Under the pieces are notes generated by a model. It saw only the letters and a list, made by a program, of their open reading frames with translations. It searched no databases and had not been told where the DNA came from. A DNA stretch of 64,000 bases from Candidatus Saccharimonadota bacterium (GTDB lineage: Bacteria; Patescibacteriota; Saccharimonadia; Saccharimonadales; Saccharimonadaceae). Location of the stretch: contig JAFWLR010000001.1 in NCBI GenBank assembly GCA_017510985.1, forward strand, positions 1,384 to 65,383, in the 5' to 3' direction. A program made the translations under genes and the position numbers. The stretch's first letter is position 1, and every line of letters begins with the position of its first letter. Shown here in pieces: positions 58,537 through 64,000 of the stretch.

Positions 58537-59567
58537 TGGACGACAAAAAAACAATTATTGTAACTGGTGGAGCAGGGTTTATTGGTTCGAATTTTGTGTA
58601 TTATATGCTGAAAAAATATCCGTTTTATCGAATAGTGTGCTTAGATGCCTTGACTTATGCGGGGAATTTGTCCACTTTAGAGCGAGCAATGGAAAATGAG
58701 AATTTTCGTTTTGTGAAGGCGGATATTCGGAACCGAGAGGCGGTAGATAAATTATTTACGGAAGAAGAACCGGATATAGTGGTGAACTTTGCGGCGGAGA
58801 GTCACGTAGATCGCTCAATTGAAAATCCGCAGATTTTCTTGGAAACTAATATTATGGGACCAGAAGTACTAATGGAAGCCTGTATGAAACACGGTGTAAA
58901 ACGGTATCATCAAGTTTCGACAGATGAAGTGTATGGGGATTTGCCGCTGGATAGGCCGGATCTATTCTTTACGGAAAAAACAAATTTGCACGCGTCTTCG
59001 CCGTATTCAGCTTCGAAAGCTTCGGCGGATTTGCTTGTGATGGCGTATCATCGGACGTTTGGGTTGCCGGCAACGATTTCGCGGTGTTCAAATAATTATG
59101 GGCCGTATCATTTTCCAGAGAAACTGATTCCCTTGTGTATTATAAACGCATTAAACGACCGGAAGTTGCCGGTGTATGGGGATGGAAAAAATGTGCGAGA
59201 TTGGCTGTATGTGGAGGACCATTGTAAGGCGATTGATATGATTATTCACGCTGATTGCGTGGGTGAGGTGTATAATGTGGGTGGACATAACGAAATGGCA
59301 AATATTGATATTGTGAAATTAATTTTGAAAGAGTTGGGTAAGCCAGAATCTTTGATTGAATTTGTAGAAGATAGAAAGGGGCACGACCGGCGGTATGCGA
59401 TTGACCCGACAAAAATCCGAGAACAGTTGGGTTGGGAGCCAGAAACGAAGTTTGAAAATGGAATTGTGAAGACGATTAAATGGTATTTGGACCATAAAGA
59501 TTGGTGGGAAGAGATAATTTCGGGGGATTATAAGAATTATTATGCGAAGATGTACGGGGGAAAATAA
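58536..59567 (+). CDS. rmlB: dTDP-glucose 4,6-dehydratase
   Basis: GGAGFIG, AAESHVDRS, STDEVYG, YSASK, GHDRRY. Confidence 0.96.
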   Translation: MDDKKTIIVTGGAGFIGSNFVYYMLKKYPFYRIVCLDALTYAGNLSTLERAMENENFRFVKADIRNREAVDKLFTEEEPDIVVNFAAESHVDRSIENPQIFLETNIMGPEVLMEACMKHGVKRYHQVSTDEVYGDLPLDRPDLFFTEKTNLHASSPYSASKASADLLVMAYHRTFGLPATISRCSNNYGPYHFPEKLIPLCIINALNDRKLPVYGDGKNVRDWLYVEDHCKAIDMIIHADCVGEVYNVGGHNEMANIDIVKLILKELGKPESLIEFVEDRKGHDRRYAIDPTKIREQLGWEPETKFENGIVKTIKWYLDHKDWWEEIISGDYKNYYAKMYGGK

Positions 59568-59568
59568 A

Positions 59569-60468
59569 ATGAAAGTTTTAGTTACTGGAACGAGTGGGCA
59601 ATTAGGTTATGATGTAATGAAAGAGTTGATCCGGCGGGGATATGAGGCGGTAGGGGCGGATCGGTCTGGTGGTGAGGGGGATTTTGAGCGAGTACAACTG
59701 GATATTACGGGTGCGGATAGGGTAATGGAGGTGGTGCGTGAGTTGAAACCGGAAGCGATAATTCATTGTGCGGCTTGGACTAATGTGGATGGGGCGGAAG
59801 ACCCTGCTAATTTGGCGGCGGTGAGGGCAGTGAACGTGGAGGGGACGCGTAATTTAGCGTTGGCGGCTAAAGAGGTGGATGCGAAATTCGTGTATATTTC
59901 GACGGACTATGTGTTTGACGGCTCTGGTGAACGGCCGTGGCAGGCTGATGACAAAAATTATGCGCCGATAAATGTGTATGGACAATCCAAATTGGATGGG
60001 GAACTAGAAGTTTCTGGTATTTTGGACAAGTATTTTATTGTGCGGATTGCGTGGGTGTTTGGACGAAATGGAAAGAATTTTGTGAGGACGATGTTGAAGG
60101 TGGCAGAAGGGCGCGATACAGTTTCGGTTGTTGATGATCAAATTGGCACTCCAACTTATACTTTTGATTTGGCGCGACTTTTGGTGGATATGATTGAGAG
60201 CGATAAATATGGGTATTATCATGCGACGAATGAAGGCGGGTATATTTCGTGGGCGGATTTTACGAAAGAGATTTATAAGCAAGCAGGGATTAGTTGCAGG
60301 GTCGAGCCGGTGACGACGGCGGAATATGAAAAAATTGCGGGTAAGACGGTGGCGAAGCGGCCGTTTAATTCGCGGTTAGATAAGTCTAAATTGGTGGAGG
60401 CGGGTTTTGAGCCTTTGCCGGATTGGCGAGATGCGTTAAGGAGATACTTGGCGGAGATTAAGATTTAG
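59569..60468 (+). CDS. rmlD: dTDP-4-dehydrorhamnose reductase
   Basis: GTSGQLG, STDYVFDG, YGQSK, DQIGTPT. Confidence 0.95.
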   Translation: MKVLVTGTSGQLGYDVMKELIRRGYEAVGADRSGGEGDFERVQLDITGADRVMEVVRELKPEAIIHCAAWTNVDGAEDPANLAAVRAVNVEGTRNLALAAKEVDAKFVYISTDYVFDGSGERPWQADDKNYAPINVYGQSKLDGELEVSGILDKYFIVRIAWVFGRNGKNFVRTMLKVAEGRDTVSVVDDQIGTPTYTFDLARLLVDMIESDKYGYYHATNEGGYISWADFTKEIYKQAGISCRVEPVTTAEYEKIAGKTVAKRPFNSRLDKSKLVEAGFEPLPDWRDALRRYLAEIKI

Positions 60469-60805
60469 ACTTTTTATTTTGATCGTGTTTAAGAATAGAG
60501 AGCTCTTGGATGAGTTTAGTGATTTGGGACTGTTGTTTGCTAACCGAAATAGTTAAGAAGAAGCAGATGAGTATGAGTAGGGCGATGGTAATAAGAAAAA
60601 TGAAATTAGACAAAGTCTCAAAGCCTAACCAATTGGCAAGGGCGGTTAATGGTTCTGGGAAAATGGCTACAACAATAAAGATGATAGGCAAAAAGAGCCA
60701 AGCTACAGAGTTTTTGATGGACATGGAATTGCGCCTAAGACACATAATAATAAAAACGAGTAAGACAAGGGCGGCAATTGTCATTTCGATTTGGAGATTA
60801 GTCAT
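60458..60805 (-). CDS. DUF2304-like small membrane protein
   Basis: Three TM helices, C-terminal I.KL.QEL coil, follows DPM-like GT2. Confidence 0.8.
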   Translation of the reverse strand: MTNLQIEMTIAALVLLVFIIMCLRRNSMSIKNSVAWLFLPIIFIVVAIFPEPLTALANWLGFETLSNFIFLITIALLILICFFLTISVSKQQSQITKLIQELSILKHDQNKKSKS

Positions 60806-61511
60806 GTGATTTCCTCCTAAGACTTAAAATTAAGATCGATAAAATTACATTGATACCAGCATAAATAGTTTTTCGTGCGTTAATGCTCGATTTACCGGCA
60901 GCGCGTTTGTTCATAGTAACTGGGATTTCTTTGATTTTGAATTTATGAGAGCGTAAGAGCTCAAAATTGGATATTGGTTCGGGATATTCTTGGGGATAGT
61001 TGTTGGCAAAGAGTTGGATGATTTGACGATTGGCGGCGCGAAAGCCAGAGGTGGGGTCGTAAATGCGTTTGCCGGAAAAAAGTTTAATAAAATTAGAGAG
61101 GAAGCGAATACCAAAGCGACGGATTTTGGATGAACGCTGATTTTTGAGAGATTTGTCGATAAAACAGGACCCAATAACTAAATCGACTTGATTGTCTTGG
61201 ATGGGCTTAATAAGTTTTTCGATATATTTGATGTCGTGTTGACCATCGGCATCGAATTGGATGGCGATATCATAATTGTTCTCGTAGGCGTATTTGTATC
61301 CGGTTTGGACGGCGCCGCCGATACCAAGGTTAGAAATAAGGCTGATATGGTTGTAGTGGTTTTTAGTTAGTATTTCTTCTGTGGAATCAGTGGAACCATC
61401 ATTGATAATAACATAATCATAATTGAATTCAATAACCGTTTGGATGGTTTTTTGAATAGAAGCTTCCTCGTTATAGGCAGGGATAATAATGATGGTTTTT
61501 GGATTTTTCAT
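60798..61511 (-). CDS. GT2 (polyprenol-phosphate sugar transferase-like)
   Basis: PAYNEE, NDGSTD, NLGIGGA, DADGQH, DPTSGFR. Confidence 0.9.
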   Translation of the reverse strand: MKNPKTIIIIPAYNEEASIQKTIQTVIEFNYDYVIINDGSTDSTEEILTKNHYNHISLISNLGIGGAVQTGYKYAYENNYDIAIQFDADGQHDIKYIEKLIKPIQDNQVDLVIGSCFIDKSLKNQRSSKIRRFGIRFLSNFIKLFSGKRIYDPTSGFRAANRQIIQLFANNYPQEYPEPISNFELLRSHKFKIKEIPVTMNKRAAGKSSINARKTIYAGINVILSILILSLRRKSHD

Positions 61512-61538
61512 TGGGTTAATTATACCATAGGTGGGAAG

Positions 61539-62639
61539 TTATTGTAAGATGTCAAGGTCTAGTGCCTTTTTGATGACGTCATCCATATCATAATATCTAT
61601 ATTCGGCTAGTCTACCGCCAAATATGACATTAGGCTCATTGGTAGATAGGTTGCGGTAGGCAGCAGCTAGTTGATCGTTGGCTTCATCGTTCACGGTATA
61701 ATATTTTTCGGAGCCTTTTTTATAGGTGGCGGGATATTCATAAGTGATAACGGTTTGAGGTTGGTCGCTAAACTCAAAGTGTTTGTGTTCGATAACGCGA
61801 GTATATTTTACATCGAGACCGGGATAGTTAACAACGGCACAGCCTTGAAAATTGCTTTCATTGAGAGTTTGAGTATCAAATTTGAGCGAGCGCCACTCTA
61901 ACTCGCCAAGCTTGTAATTAAAATATTCGTCGAGGGGCCCAGTATAAATAATTTTTTTGGCCATAGATTGGAATTTTTGTCTATTATTGAAAAAGTCGGT
62001 ATTTAATTTAATTTCAACTCCGTTGAGCATATTTTTTACCATTTGAGTGTAGCCGCCAATAGGGATACCTTGGTGTTTATCATTAAAGTAGTTGTTGTCA
62101 TAGATAAGCCGGACCGGTAAACGTTTGATGATGAAGGCGGGTAGTTCGGTACAAGGGCGGCCCCATTGTTTTTCTGTATAGCCTTTAACGAGTTTTTCAT
62201 AAATAGTGCGACCGACGAGGCTGATAGCTTGCTCTTCAAGATTGGTGGGCTCGTGAGTGATTTCTTTGCGTTCAGATTCGATGTGTCGGATGGCATCTGC
62301 TGGAGTGATAACGTCATCCCAAATTTTGGTAAAAGTGTTCATATTGAAAGGCATATTGTAGATTTTACCGTCAGTCTTAGCAATAGGGGAATTAGTAAAG
62401 CGATTGAATTTAGCAAATTGGTTGACATATTCCCAGACGTCGTCATAATCGGTATGGAAAATATGGGCACCATATTTATGAACGTTAATGCCGGCTTGCA
62501 TTTCAGTATAAATATTACCTGCTATGTGATTTCTTTTGTCTATAACTAAAACTGATTTACCAGCACGATGGGCGCGTTCGGCGATAGTGGCGCCAAATAA
62601 CCCAGCTCCGACAATAAGGTAATCATATTTTTTTACCAT
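61539..62639 (-). CDS. glf: UDP-galactopyranose mutase
   Basis: GAGLFG, HKYGAHIFH, GYTEKQWG, GRLAEYRYYDMD. Confidence 0.95.
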   Translation of the reverse strand: MVKKYDYLIVGAGLFGATIAERAHRAGKSVLVIDKRNHIAGNIYTEMQAGINVHKYGAHIFHTDYDDVWEYVNQFAKFNRFTNSPIAKTDGKIYNMPFNMNTFTKIWDDVITPADAIRHIESERKEITHEPTNLEEQAISLVGRTIYEKLVKGYTEKQWGRPCTELPAFIIKRLPVRLIYDNNYFNDKHQGIPIGGYTQMVKNMLNGVEIKLNTDFFNNRQKFQSMAKKIIYTGPLDEYFNYKLGELEWRSLKFDTQTLNESNFQGCAVVNYPGLDVKYTRVIEHKHFEFSDQPQTVITYEYPATYKKGSEKYYTVNDEANDQLAAAYRNLSTNEPNVIFGGRLAEYRYYDMDDVIKKALDLDILQ

Positions 62640-63682
62640 TTAATATCTACTCCTAATTTGTTGATCATGGTTTTATAGACAGCAAGAAATGGTCTAAAAA
62701 GATGCAAATCATAAATTTTTTTGACTAGATAGAGTTTATTGTTTGAACCGTTGTTTTTTCTGGTGTATTTGAGGGAAATATACTGGTTATGACGCCAATT
62801 TGGAAAGTTTTGATTAAGAAATTTGGTGTTTTCTTTGAGGAGCTTAGAAAAATTAACATTTTTATTGGCGGACAATCGGTACATGAAGGAAATACCAAGA
62901 TGGAGAAAAGCATTAGCGTCAACGTAATCTAGATAGTTTTGATTTTTTTTGGTGACATATAGATTGCGGATTTCTTTCATGGCGGCATAAGTTTGGGGAA
63001 TTACTTCTGGCTCAATGGTGTTAATGATAGAATCTTTTCGGACCATATAGCGGTTAAGACTGTCGGGGATAAAAGTGATTTTATGTGCGTTGATGTAAAT
63101 AAGTTGTAAGAACATCATATCGTCTAGAACGGGTGGGATGTTTTGAAGCTCGGCCATATTTTTAAGAAGTTCGGCTTTATAAATTTTGTTCCAGGGGGCA
63201 CCATTAAGTTCAAGAAGGAGGCCTGGATTATCTTTGACGATGATGTTTTTATGTTTGGGTTTGCACATTTCACGAGAGTAGAGTTTGCCAGTTTCTAAAT
63301 CGATGCGATCGAAACCGCAGACAGCAATGTCGGCTTTGTTTTTGATTGCGGCATTGTAGAGCTTTTCAGCGAAGTCAGGGGTGACGTAGTCGTCGCTATC
63401 AACGAAGCCGATGAATTCACCTCGTGCTTTTTTGATGCCATCTTTACGACCACGCCAGACACCTTCATTTTTCTTGTTGATAATGACGATTTTGTCACCA
63501 TATTTTTTTTGATAATCTTTGAGAATTTTGAGGCAATTGTCTGGGGAGCCATCGTTAATACAAATGACTTCAATATCTTTTAGTGTTTGTGCCATTAAGG
63601 AATCAAGGCATTTGGGTAAATATTCTTCGACGTCATAGCAAGGAACAATGAAGCTGAGTTTGATTTTTTTGGAAGTTTTCAT
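62633..63682 (-). CDS. GT2 glycosyltransferase
   Basis: SFIVPCYDVE, NDGSPD, FVDSDD, WNKIY. Confidence 0.9.
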   Translation of the reverse strand: MKTSKKIKLSFIVPCYDVEEYLPKCLDSLMAQTLKDIEVICINDGSPDNCLKILKDYQKKYGDKIVIINKKNEGVWRGRKDGIKKARGEFIGFVDSDDYVTPDFAEKLYNAAIKNKADIAVCGFDRIDLETGKLYSREMCKPKHKNIIVKDNPGLLLELNGAPWNKIYKAELLKNMAELQNIPPVLDDMMFLQLIYINAHKITFIPDSLNRYMVRKDSIINTIEPEVIPQTYAAMKEIRNLYVTKKNQNYLDYVDANAFLHLGISFMYRLSANKNVNFSKLLKENTKFLNQNFPNWRHNQYISLKYTRKNNGSNNKLYLVKKIYDLHLFRPFLAVYKTMINKLGVDIKW

Positions 63683-63719
63683 TAGAATAATTATAGCATA
63701 ATTATCAGAAAATTAGAAG

Positions 63720-64000
63720 CTAGAGGTGGGTGCAAGCTAAAGCTATGATGGCATAGACTCCTTCAAAAATATAGAACCCATAGATGTAGTAGTTTTGATT
63801 GAGCATCGGTATGGTTTTGGCAATAGTGGTGTTTTTGTTAGAGAATTTTGGAAAAGAGAGTCTGTCGTGTTGTTGGTTTTTCATAAGAGCGAGTGGTATG
63901 AGGAGTAGCAATGGAATAAAATAACGGCCTTGTACTCCGTCGATAATGGTTTCGCCGGGTTTAGTCCACTGAGTGAACATGATGCTAAAGATGAGCGTAG
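63720..64000 (-). CDS. C-terminus of DUF2142-like membrane protein (truncated by window)
   Basis: IDGVQGRYFIP motif and terminal TM helix. Confidence 0.65.
   Translation of the reverse strand, partial: TLIFSIMFTQWTKPGETIIDGVQGRYFIPLLLLIPLALMKNQQHDRLSFPKFSNKNTTIAKTIPMLNQNYYIYGFYIFEGVYAIIALACTHL

Noticed and set aside
1-64000. CRISPR array, rRNA, integrase or prophage
   Set aside because: No regularly spaced repeat-spacer array, rRNA-like sequence, or recombinase/phage structural genes seen.

Overview
Bacterial chromosome segment, most likely Candidatus Saccharibacteria (TM7/CPR). This is inferred from gene content, tRNA-Arg(GCG), compact genes and many orphans. It holds the recF-dnaN-dnaA / rpmH-rnpA-yidC-jag cluster, valS, tsaD, murE plus a truncated paralog, two FemABX peptidyltransferases, three tRNAs, an AbrB/VapC pair, a sipW/TasA-like operon and a long cell-envelope glycan region (LCP, CotH, ChW protein, glycosyltransferases, licD/tagD, rmlACBD, glf). 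Five structures lie outside ordinary annotation. (1) A conserved ~140-150 nt leader RNA fold (long hairpin, GGCACC loop pairing with a downstream GGTGYC plus U-tract) precedes all three large variable surface-protein genes. (2) A family of ~90-155 bp GC-rich multi-hairpin palindromic elements sits in frame inside valS (twice), a FemABX gene, an RNA methyltransferase and the surface proteins; a filled/empty paralog pair and compensatory stem changes are visible within the window. (3) A type I toxin-antitoxin-like small ORF/antisense locus. (4) 19-bp tRNA 3'-end duplications enclosing mini hairpin elements. (5) Apparently no GC-skew switch at dnaA. All calls were made by eye, with no database searches.
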